Assembly (NCBI RefSeq): GCF_044704955.1
Contig: NC_091987.1
Span: 69,068,001 to 69,132,000 of the forward strand
Length of the DNA: 64,000 nucleotides
Source: Pristiophorus japonicus
Taxonomy: Eukaryota
Reading direction: 5' to 3'
Below are positions 1 to 11,332 of the stretch, one piece after another. Every line of letters begins with the position of its first letter. The stretch's first letter is position 1. Under the pieces are notes generated by a model. That model did no database searches. It had not been told where the DNA came from and worked only from the letters and a program-made list of their open reading frames with translations. The translations under genes and the position numbers were made by a program.

Positions 1-508
1 TTGCTAGACAAAAAAAGACCACGATACATCTAATTCACATTCTACCATCCTAGTAGTCGCATGATACAATGATAAAATTACTCTACAAGAGACCCAGACA
101 TGAGGTGAAGAAACCCAAACCCCCCAATAGTGGAAAGCTTTGAAAATCATAGGTCCAAGGTCACCTTTTGCTTCCAAGCATGCACATTTACCATATGCTA
201 TGTTTGAAATTACTCCTATTACATGGGAGTTGCACAACTGAACAGGCTATTGTATTTAATTTATCTCGCCCTACAATTTATGGTGGAGTCAGTGCTGGAA
301 ATATTGAACTAAACTCCAGCATCCCTTGGGAATCTTCCATTTTACATCTCAAACTGGTTGCTTTCATTGCCATTACATTTTCAGTCATAGAAACTCAGGA
401 ACAATCCTGTGCTTTCCTCTTTCTTCTTTGTGTGCGTTTGCACATGTGCGTGTTAACTGAATGAAAGCAGCTGTGATGAACATTTTGGTCTTCTGTTATT
501 TCATGCAG

Positions 509-623
509 CAGTCTCAAGGCAATGCTGCAGGACAATAATGATGGAACTTATCGTCTTACATACACTCCCCGGGTAGCCGGCTCGTATGTAGCATGTGTCT
601 GTGTGAAGGGACAGCATGTACAG
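509..623 (+). CDS. TRIM45: TRIM45 internal coding exon (filamin-repeat part)
   Basis: Acceptor ttcatgcag| and donor CAG|gtgagt. Translates SLKAMLQDNNDGTYRLTYTPRVAGSYVACVCVKGQHVQ, matching the TRIM45 filamin repeat (QDNxDGTY..YTP..G.Y...VC.K.QHVQ). A NAGNAG acceptor allows an alternative start at 512. Confidence 0.93.
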
Positions 624-2695
624 GTGAGTTAACCGGAGATGAAGGTCAGTAAAATGATGACTGAAAAGGGTATAAATTCTATTGGCATATTGCATTAGAT
701 CACTTGCCTTGTGCCTTTGCGACTTGGGTTTGAATACATCCCTGATAGGCTAGTTAAGAATATTTTCTCTAGATCTTGAAATGCGATGTCCAGTTGTATG
801 TTTTTGCCCAGAATACATAACTGATTGTAAAATGTACATTTCCCATATACTTTTGGCTCACAAAGTGCAGCAGGGACATTAAATCTGAAGCAGTGTGGTT
901 TTGGGGTCACTGCTACTGGGAATGAAGTATGTGTTATTTAAGAAATAGGACGCAAAAAATAGGAGCAGGAGTCGGCCATTTGACCCCTCTTCGTTCTCAG
1001 CTGGACTAATTCAGTGAGCTCTTTTACAGCATTGCAACCTTTGCAGCCAGAGAGTAAAAAGCAGCTGGTGTTGTTGCTCCTCCCTCCTAGAAGAAGAAAG
1101 CAGGCAGGATATAAATGTTTTTGTATCTGTGTGACTGAATCATTTGCAGTATCTTGGAACTTTCTCCTAATAAAATCCTGCTCTTGATCTCTCCAAGCAT
1201 TAATCTTCTGAACTGTTGCTGGTTGATTCAAAAATTGGTATGTGTAAATCTCCTTGGGGCATAAATTTCCATCTTTGTTAATTTAATGAGAAAGTAGATG
1301 AGAAAAAAAAGTGCTGTACCTGCACTTTTTAACTCACCAAAATTGATGAAGATAGGAATTTCAGTCCCCAGGGTTTAATTTCTGCTCTTATTTTTTAGCA
1401 CACTGGTTAACATGTTAATCTCTGCGCCAATTAATTCCAGTCAATAATCTATTTATTTTAAAATAGTTAATGCCTGCATTAAAATAGTGCAGACAGGAAG
1501 TTAACAAAAACACACTAACCAGTGCTCCATAATAGTGCAGAGTAATTAACCCCTGGGGCTAGAAATGAGTTACAGCTAAGAAATGGGCAATTTTTTTAAA
1601 TTTAAAAAAAAAAAGGTTAAGCTGCGCCACCTGAAAATCATCTAGGATGCCACAAAATTTGTGCTAACTCCTCTAAAATGATTGTAGTCATGATTCTAGT
1701 CTAAAAACTCAAGCTGATTGGCATTGCACTAAAAAGCTGGACCAATATCGGGGGCAGTCTGATTGCAAGTCATGATTGCCACAGGAGAGGTTAATTGATG
1801 CTGTCGCACCTCATTGCCAGGATTGTTGTGTTGTTCAGCTGCCCCAGCAGTAAACCAAACGTAGGAACCATGGCAGACCAGAAACGGAGGGAGAGAGCCC
1901 GTAGCTGCTCCGATGAAGCTCTGAAAGCATTGGTGTTCGCGGTAGAGAAAAGGCAGGTGATCCTGTACCTGCCAACTGCCAGGAGGCTCTCATCCCAACA
2001 CTGCCGCAATATGTGGACGGAGATAACAGACCACATCACGGACAGCACTGTGGTCCCCAGGATCCACACCCAGTGCAGGAAGAAGTTTAACGACCTCACA
2101 AGATGGGTCAAGGTGAGTGAAGGCTTCGACACATGCTACATAACAGCATCTGTACCACAAGCTTCACACACTGCTCAATGCACTACACCCCTAGCACTCA
2201 CCCACCAACCATCTCTACCGATCAACACTCACACCTACATTTCACACCTTGCATACAATGACAGCTATTCAACTATGGCAGGTACATCACCCAAACGCAT
2301 TGCACCACATTCACTGACACACTTCCCTTGCTCTTGTAGACTAAGATTGCTCATAATCATCAGGAGCAGGAGCTGACAGGTGGGGACAAAGCCCACATTG
2401 AAGAGCTGAGCCAGCTGGAGACATAAATGCTGGAGATCACTGGGTGCTGAGTCGTGGTCACCAGCGACGTTAATCCCCTTGGGGCCATTCCTAATCCTCC
2501 TTCTCAAATCCCACTCGCAGCCCACAATCTTTTGTCACTTTCAAGCTACTCATGCTAAATGCCTTCCTGCCCCACTCCCCTCTCCGTAACCCGACTCTTG
2601 TGCCTTTCTGCTTTCAGATAATCAGCAAGCACCCAAGCAGCCTGTCCCTGAGGGCACCGATGTGCATGAGGGGGGAAGAAGAGGAGGCGGAGGAA

Positions 2696-4568
2696 GAATT
2701 CTTTGAGGATATAATGAGCATGGTGGATAGAGGTGTACCGATGGATGTGGTGTATTTAGATTTCCAAAAGGCATTCGATAAGGTGCCACACAAAAGGTTA
2801 CTGCAGAAGATAAAGATATGCGGAGTCAGAGGAAATGTATTAGCATGGATCGAGAATTGGCTGGCTAACAGAAAGCAGAGAGTCGGGATAAATGGGTCCT
2901 TTTTGGGTTGGAAATCGGTGGTTAATGGTGTGCCACAGGGATCAGTGCTGGGACCACAACTGTTTATAATACACATAGATGACCTGGAAGAGGGGATAGA
3001 GTGTAGTGTAACAAAATTTGCAGATGAAACAAAGATGAGTGGGAAAGCGGGTTGTGTAGAGGACACAGAGAGGCTGCAAAGAGATTTAAATAGGTTAAGC
3101 GAATGGGCTAAGGTTTGGCAGATGGAATACAATGTCAGAAAATGTGAGGTCATCCACCTTGGGAAAAAAAACAGTAAAAGGGAATATTATTTGAATGGGG
3201 AGAAATTACAACATGCTGCGGTGCAGAGGGACCTGGGGGTCCTTGTGCATGAAACTCTTTTTGGTCCTTGTGCATGAAACTCTTTTGAGTTTACCTGCGA
3301 AAACATAAAACATGTATCCGTGCCACCCGACCTGGATGACACACACAAGACATTTACAAGGCCCTTTTTTGTTTTTTTTGGGGGGTTTTTTGTGGTTTTT
3401 TTTTTGGGCACTAAAATCAAATTTTTCCTTTTTTCCAGTGCCCCCTATAAAAGGAGAGGGGGACACTAAAAGCACCGGCAATTAAAACAAATTAAACTTA
3501 AAAAACGTAAAATCAAATTAAAATTTGGTTGCCGGGCGTGATGATGCACTCCAGTCCCTCCGGTGCCCACCTCTCGCGGAAGGCCGCGAGCGTACCGGTG
3601 GACACCGCGTGCTCCATCTCCAAGGACACCCTGGACCGGATGTAAGAGCGGAAGAGAGGCAGGCAGTCAGGTTGAATGACCCCCTCGACCGCCCGCTGCC
3701 TGGACCGGCTGATGGCACCCTTGGCCGTGCCCAGGAGCAGTCCTACGAGGAGGCCTTCGGACCTACCCGCTCCCCTCCGCACAGGGTGCCCAAAGATCAG
3801 GAGAGTGGGACTGAAGTGCAGCCAGAATTTCAGGAGCAGCCCCTTCAAATAGTGGTCCTTGTGCATGAATCCCAAAAAGTTAGTTTGCAGGTGCAGCAGG
3901 TAATCAGGAAGGCGAATGGAATGTTGGCCTTCATTGCGAGAGGGATGGAGTACAAAAGCAGGGAGGTCCTGCTGCAACTGTATAGGGTATTGGTGAGGCC
4001 GCACCTGGAGTACTGCGTGCAGTTTTGGTCACCTTACTTAAGGAAGGATATACGAGCTTTGGAGGGGGTACAGAGACGATTCACTAGGCTGATTCCGGAG
4101 ATGAGGGGGTTACCTTATGATGATAAATTGAGTAGACTGGGTCTTTACTCGTTGGAGTTCAGAAGGATGAGGGGTGATCTTATAGAAACATTTAAAATAA
4201 TGAAAGGGATAAACAAGATAGAGGCAGAGAGGTTGTTTCCACTGGTAGGGGAGACTAGAACTAGGGGGCACAGCCTCAAAATACAGGGGGAGCCAATTTA
4301 AAACCGAGTTGAGAAGGAATTTCTTCTCCCAGAGGGTTGTGAATCTGTGGAATTCTCTGCCCAAGGAAGCAGTTGAGGCTAGTTTATTGAATGTATTCAA
4401 ATCACAGATAGATATATTTTTACCAATAAGGGAATTAAGGGTTATGGGGATCGGGCGGGTAAGTGGAGCTGAGTCCACGGCCAGATCAGCCATAATCTTG
4501 TTGAATGACGGAGCAGGCTCGAGGGGCTAGATGGCCTACTCCTGTTCCTAATTCTTATGTTCTTATGT
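2696..4568 (+). mobile_element. 5'-truncated CR1 LINE (RT C-terminal part and 3' UTR), split by a Tx1 insert
   Basis: YLDFQKAFDKVPH, GVPQGSVLGP, FADET motifs; (TTCTTATG)n tail at ~4552-4568; nearly identical to the copy at 24500-25757. Confidence 0.95.
3254..3853 (-). mobile_element. 3' fragment of a Tx1-clade (L1-superfamily) non-LTR retrotransposon with a 16-bp TSD
   Basis: Minus ORF ends LLIFGHPVRRGAG...AFRERWAPEGLECII, resembling the Tx1 ORF2 C-terminus. Flanked by GGTCCTTGTGCATGAA at 3238-3253 and 3854-3869; this motif is single-copy in the uninterrupted CR1 at ~25043. Confidence 0.8.
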
Positions 4569-7199
4569 AAGACACCGCATCACTGCATCTGTCACTTGCT
4601 GACACCAGCGCAGAAACTGGCACTACACATTATTTAGAGGCTCATGTATAGAGGGATCTGCACTGGGTGAGGCAACGGACATGAGTGGGCTGCAGCAAGG
4701 CCAGGTGGAAAGGGTAACTCGAGTTCTGCTTCACTGGCCTTCAGAAGAAGGGTGATGAACATGCACACGGAAATGATGCGTGCAATGGCAAGGCTGCCAG
4801 AGAGCCTCCCGACAATGGCAAGGAGCGTGGCGGAATCTAGCTCCAACATTGCATGGGGCTCTGCGCAGAGCATGAAGCCCAGGATTTCCAGTCTGAATAG
4901 GACGGTGCACTCCCAGAGAGACATGATGGCGCGCATGATGAGTGATATTGCAGCACACGCAGAAGTGACCCAACATCTCAGTGCTACAATGGAAGCTCAG
5001 ACTGCTCTCATGCAGTCTAAGCTTGCAGACATCCAAGATCTGACTGCTGCCATAATGGCTAGGTTTACCACCGTCAACTGCGGCTTTCACGATGTCGCAG
5101 TAGGCCACCAATCTGCTCCAACGGATTGCTCGGAATGCTGAGGCACTGCCCTGGGAGAGTGGCACTGGGCCAGTGGAGCAGGAACCTGCTGTCCTCTCTC
5201 AGGATGACAGCATTCCTATTACCGCCACTCTGCCATTGCCCTTGCAGCTGCCCGTCAGCCAGCCAGCACAGACTGCTGCCGCCCCTGCCGAGGTGGTGCT
5301 GTCTACAGCCGGACCTTCTAGGCCAGAGCTGGCCGAGGGCGTCCTACAAGGCCACCTGAAGTCTGCCGCATGGAAATTCAGCAGCCCTCCACCAGCCATG
5401 CTGCAGCCACTGGGGGAGCACTGCATAGGAGCACTAGATCAGGAAAGGGCACACAAAAGGATGATTAGTTAATAGTATTCATGTAAATTTGTGTCAGATG
5501 ATTTATAGATAAATTGTATTTGGAATCTTTTGTGGTGTCTCCGATTTCAGCTTTGTACCCAGGAGGAAGCTGTGATTATGACGGGGATGGCATGATGGGA
5601 ATGTGGTGAGCTACGGGGATCTGGGGTTTTGTTCAAGCGAATCAGAATCTGATGAGCTAGAAGGCCGATTGACTGGCTGCCTTTTCCCTCCCTCCTGTTC
5701 CTCGCCCTCCTTCTGACATGGTCCCGCAATTCCTAGTGGCAAGGGCTGTGCCATCATGGTGGCCAACTGGTGGAGCATGCAGCAGACCACCACTCCGCTC
5801 AGACATCCGCTCAGCCGAGTACTGGAGGGCTCCTCCCGAGCAGTCAAGGGAGCGGAACCGATGCTTCAGTTGGCCGATGGTCTGCTCAATGATGTTCCTG
5901 GTGGCAGCATGGCTCTCATTATATGAGTGCTGAGCACGAGTGTGGGGTTGCGGGGGGGAGTCATGAGCCAGGTGGAGAGCGGCTAGCCCTTATCTCCGAG
6001 CAGCCACCTTCGAACTTGATGTGGTGGTTGGAAGAGTGCTGGCACACCAGTCTGGTGCAGGATGAAGGAGGCGTGGTTGCTACGAGAATAGCGGGCATTG
6101 ACATTGAGAATTCGCTGTGTGTGGTCACACGCCAATTGCACTTTAAGTGAGTGGTAGCCTTTGCGGTTACGAAAAATCTCAGGATTCGTATACACTGCCC
6201 CCAAAGCCACTTGGGTGCATTTGATGGTGCATGGACAAAAGAGCTGAATTCCAAAGGTGAGGTGAGAGGGTCTGCCCTTGACATCAAGGCAGCATTTGAC
6301 CGAGCGGCACCAAGGAGCGAAGGCAACTAGGGATGGTCAATAAATGCTGGATTTGCCAGCGACGCCCACATCCCGTCAAATGTGGAATGTCTCCGCAGTG
6401 TTGCCTTGGCGATCTGTCTGCCGTGGGTTCCTAACTCTACAGGATGGTTTCTGCAGAACTGAATCCTACACCATGCTCTGCACATTGGATAAATCGTCAA
6501 AATATTCTTTTCACCACTTGCTCCTGTTCGTCTTCAATTATTTGACCATTTTGGTCTTTCACTGTAGCCATTTTAAGTTTGTAAGCTTCACTTAGTTCTC
6601 TTATCTTCCAATACAGCTCTTGTGTTTTGTTTATTTTGGTATAAGATAATTTAAATTTAGATTTAATGCAACGTTCCAGCAACAAACAGCAAAAGAAAGT
6701 AATGTAACAAAATAATGCAGTAAGAAAAGTCAATCCAAAATCAAATTGTATTGCTGTAGAAATCTCTCAGTTACACTTTTAGGAATTCAAGATCTCAAGC
6801 CATAGCACTGAAGCCCAAAAGCATCAGTTTTAAATTCGCAAGCAATGCTACAGGAGTGAGGCTCAACCCTTGTGGATTTCCTTATGGGACCTCATTAAAT
6901 AAAATCGCCTGCAATTAAGGGGTTTAAAAAGGCGTGCGCATGCTCTTCGTGTCACCTCAAATATATGATTTAACTCGGTGGCTTGTAGCCTAGGCACTCG
7001 GACTTAGTTACCTGATTCTCTGAACGCACCATTGCAAAACTGGCTCTTGTGTTCTAAAAAGGTGTATTTTTCTACCTTGCGGACTGATTCTATATTGTTT
7101 TCTATGTATTTGTACTATCAGTGTCTTTCCACTTCTGTGTGTATACTGTAAATAAATCTATTAGTTTTAACCTATACCCGTCGGTCTAACAAGCCCTGC

Positions 7200-7520
7200 C
7201 TTCTTGAACTGCTGAAGCAGTTTGATACATTGGTTTACTAGGTCACTTCAGAGGGCAGTTAAGAGGCAACCACATTGGTGTGGGACGGGAGTCACGTAGG
7301 CCAGACCGGGTAAGTATGGGAAATTTCCTTCCCTAATGGGTTTTTACGACACTCTGACAGCTTCATGGTCAATTTTACTGAGCTTTCCAGATTTAAAACA
7401 AAAAGCAAATTCAAATTCTCAAACTGCAATGGTGGGATTTGAACTCGCACTCTCTGAATTACTAGTCCAGGTTTCTAGATTACCAGTAAAGTAACATAAC
7501 CATGACCCTATTGTACCCTG
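7200..7520 (-). mobile_element. tRNA-headed SINE-like repeat in a TRIM45 intron
   Basis: Minus strand has a B-box-like GAGTTCAAATCCC head followed by a SINE-like body; family not determined. Confidence 0.55.
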
Positions 7521-7756
7521 AGTATCATTGATGTGACTAGGAGAGGCCACTATAATTGAAACGTGCTTGTCAGTCGAGTAGCTGTACATTTGGTCGCTTC
7601 TGTGCATTAAGGCGCTAAATAGATTTTAGTAAAAACATTTTTACTTGCTTTGCTATTGTGTGTTTGCATTGAATTTTTAAAAATGAATTTGTATTTTTCT
7701 ACATATATATATATATATTGTGTAAAATGTATCTTTAATAACCTGTTGCCTTCTAG

Positions 7757-7883
7757 GGATCTCCATTCACTATAACAGTAACAAGTAAATTCCGTAAGCA
7801 CACTGGTATATTCCACTGCTGCACATTTTGTTCCAGTGGTGGACAAAAAGATGTCCGTTGTGGTTGCAGAGGTACAATGCCTG
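7757..7883 (+). CDS. TRIM45: TRIM45 penultimate coding exon
   Basis: ttctag|GGA...CCTG|gtgagt. Translates GSPFTITVTSKFRKHTGIFHCCTFCSSGGQKDVRCGCRGTMPG; FHCCTFCSSGGQK is characteristic of TRIM45. The phase 0 acceptor matches the previous exon. Confidence 0.95.
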
Positions 7884-8544
7884 GTGAGTTTAATAGAACA
7901 TCTCTACCATATAATGGCCCAAAGACATTAGAATATGTATTTTTTTGTATATATCATACTATGATTCAAAATTGCACTTGTCAAATTGATTTTAAATGTA
8001 TTATTCAAAGCCTTTATAACTAAGCTTAATGATCAAAATTTAACACTTAATGGACTGTAAATAAATTATTGATTTAAAAGTTCACGAAGGACAGCAGCAT
8101 TGGCTCACTTCTCCAGACAATCCATATAAATTCAGAAACAGTAACAGAAAAATTAGAAACAGCTGAAATAATATTAGAAACCGAATAAGTGTTTTATTCC
8201 TTCCTGTTTATTTTTGTCGAGTGTGACCGTTTGGCATTACCTAGCCAAGAAAAGGAGCCTTTGTAGATTTTGAAACAATTCTTAAGTGGTTCAATATGGA
8301 CACCGAGATGGGATGACTTATTTCTGTATGGTGCTCCATCCACAACACAAAGGAACAACATGTGGACAGTACAGTTAAGATTATAGGATTGGGCTATCTT
8401 GGGTATAAATATTTGCCTTTTAAAGAAGGTAAAAATGCATGTTGTGCGATAAAGGGTTGTTTCTGACACGGCATTATGTGAAGTTTACGATCATTACTGT
8501 GTCTACAGTATTGAGAAATTCTGCGCTTTGCCTTTAATTGGCAG

Positions 8545-8693
8545 GTGGATATCAAGGCTGCGGACATGGACACAAAAATCACCCTGGCCAATCGCATTGG
8601 TCCTGTTGTGGAAAGTTGACTGAAAATTCGGAATGCTCTGGAGCAATAAATGGCAACTCGTACCGGAGCCTGGTTAGGACTGTTGCTCTTTAA
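8545..8693 (+). CDS. TRIM45: TRIM45 terminal coding exon
   Basis: ttggcag|GT; phase 1 continues as GGYQGCGHGHKNHPGQSHWSCCGKLTENSECSGAINGNSYRSLVRTVAL*, matching the TRIM45 C-terminus (GCGHGH..HP..HWSCCGK...RTVAL). TAA at 8691-8693. Confidence 0.95.
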
Positions 8694-8894
8694 CAATTCA
8701 AGACAAGGGAACCGCAAACCTAAGATTCATCGTAGAATTTTTAGCAGTGAAGTAACTTACTGAAGTTCAGCCAACTTAGCAAAAATTCGGATGTTGAGGG
8801 TTAATTAAAGCTTAGCTAGTTTGACGCCTGGTATAGTCTTTCTCATAAGATAAGAACAGAATACTAATGTCAGACATCCAGTACCGGATGAGCA

Positions 8895-9715
8895 GAAATC
8901 TTCTCCAGTTAAATATTAGGAAGACCAAAGCCATTGTCTTTGGTCCCCACACAAACTGCGTTTCCTAGCCACCGACTCCATCCCTCTCCCTGGCATCTGT
9001 CTGAGGCTGAACCACACTGTTTGCAACCCAGGTGTCATATTTGACCCTGAAATTAGCTTCCGGCCACATATCTGCAGCATAACTAAAACCGCCCTGTCCA
9101 CCTCCGTAACATTTCCCGTCTCCGCCCCTGCCTCAGCTCATCTGCTGCTGAAAACCTCATCCATCCACTTGACTACTCCAATATGGCTGACCTGCCACAT
9201 TCTACCCTACGTAAAGTTGAGGTCATATCAAACTTGCCAGCCAGTGTTAACTCGCACCAAGTCCCGTTTACCCATCATCCCTGTGCTCACTGACCTACAT
9301 TGGCTCCTGGTTAAGCAACGCCTCGATTTCAAAATTCTTATCATTGTTTACAAATCCCTCCATGGCTTCGCCCCTCTCTATCTCTGTAATCTCCTTCAGC
9401 CACACAACCCCCGGAGATATCTGTGCTCCTCAAATTCTGCCCTCTTGAGCATCCCTTATTATAACTGCTCAACCATCGGTGGCCGTGCCTTCAGCTGCCA
9501 GGGTCCTAAGCTCTGGAACCCCCTCCCTAAACCTCTCTGCCCCTATATCTCTCTTTCCTCCTTTAAGACGCTCCTTAAAACCTTGACCAAGCTTTTGGTC
9601 ATCTGCAGTAATTTCTTCTTAAATGGCTCGGTGTCAATATGTTTTTTGTCTTAACACTCCTGTGAAACACCTTGGGACGTTTTACTACGTTAAAGGTGCT
9701 ATATAAATACATGTT
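8895..9715 (+). mobile_element. L2 LINE 3' fragment
   Basis: ORF 9169-9654 contains IIPVLTDLHWLLVKQRLDFKIL and GGRAFSCQGPKLWNPLP; L2-type 3' end TAAAGGTGCTATATAAAT. Confidence 0.88.
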
Positions 9716-11332
9716 GTATGGATTACTTTGGGGGCCTTGTCAAAATAACTAATTTATCTGTTAAATCTCAAAGAAAAGGAACTTAAAAATTCACTGAGCC
9801 AACACGTATCCAATTAATAACATAAAGGCAATAGGAATGTCACTTTTGTTGTCTTCACAAATGAATATTCTATACCACAGACTGTAATAACAAAGTGAAG
9901 GAAAAAAATCTAGTTTAAGGGCATTAAATTAAACTAGAGGTAATGCATTTTAATGCTATTGTGCATAGAAAAATAATTTCAAGACTAACGGAGGTGGGAT
10001 GATCAAGACAAAATATTGTAGATTGAGAGAGATTAAGTGTGAACTGCCATGTGGGAATTGAGCTATATGTGTTACATCTTGGTGACAACGAACAGCTGAT
10101 TTAGTTGAACTAAGGGAATCATTGCTTCACTCAGAACTTTTCTGATTAAAATTCTGCTTGTCCCTTAATATATGGATATGGGAAAGGATAACGTGAAATG
10201 AAACTGACATTGCATATGTCATTTGTGGAATATATACAAAATTTTTGGATTGTGTCTTATATGTGATTACCTTTTAGATATGCCTATAGTAGATATTCAC
10301 ATTTGGCCCAAATGCTTCTCTTTATTAATATGGATCTGCATTGAATGGCCGTTTAAACCATCCTAAGTGACCTCACTTCTGAAGTCAGAATTAAAACTAT
10401 ATCAAGTAATAAAGTAATACATTTCTTATAATCATGTGCAACTATATATTATCGTTTTGTGCTAATTTCAAATATTTATCAAAACTTATTTTGCATCCGA
10501 AACAGCATATTTTAAGTTGAGTATGTTAATGAATTTTGCATTTTTACAATGACTTGTGTTGTTAGTCATTTATTTTGTATGTAAACTTTGTTTAATTTCA
10601 AATTTGTTCAATTTGAAATCTAATTTACTGTAATATACCATGGTCCATATTTGGCGCCTGATTTTTGCTACAATTAGCAAAGCCTGGACTTTCAGACAAT
10701 ATGCATCCCTCTTTCTCTCTTTCTGTGTGGTTTTTCTCTCGATCACAAAGAATAATTAGAAGTTTAGAGTAAATGTTATTAGTATAAGTGTGTCTTCTTA
10801 CGTGACGGGATGCTAGAGGAATTGCACAACTTTTTTGATTATGCTTCCAAAAGTATTGTTTGTGTGTGACATACACTAGAAATTGGCTAAATTGCTTTAT
10901 TTAATCAACCTTTTTCATATTAATAAAACGTGCTGCTTATATATACACATTTTTTTTTGACATCTTCTAAATCTACAGAGTATTTTGATCAATCAAGGCT
11001 ACGGACCAATAAAAACAATTGGCTCTTCGAGCCTGAAGCAATTTCATGTGTTGTGTTGAAGCACTGGAATTCTTTCACCTATTGGGATTTTTGCTGTATC
11101 TGTATTTTTGTTGTTCTTTCATTTGCTTATGATGTTCATCAGATATTTAAAAGGCTGGATTTTTAAATAGCACCTAATATGCAAATTCAATGTTTTACCT
11201 ATTTAATAAAACTTATTTCAAAATATTAATTACCTTTTATCCTTCTGATTTCTGGGCTGTGCTTATATCCACATATGGAAAATGGACCTTTTTTAAAAAA
11301 AAAATAAATAAAAATCACAATTTAAAGAAAAA

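Larger units (their letters stand above)
1555..6212. mobile_element. Degenerate PIF/Harbinger transposon: spliced Myb/SANT-like gene (+, ~1870-5470) convergent with a HARBI1-like transposase remnant (-, ~5720-6210), interrupted by CR1
   Basis: ORF 1795-2376 has a trihelix/MSANTD motif (SDEALKAL...W.EI...R...QCRKKFNDL). Minus ORF 5983-6210 has FRNRKGYHSLKVQLACD...WLLGDKG. GGGCTAGAA-type terminus near 1556; the other end is not found. Confidence 0.85.

Noticed and set aside
6750-7190. Possible solo LTR (TATA-like motif, AATAAA, ends in CA)
   Set aside because: No TSD or second copy in the window; cannot be supported.
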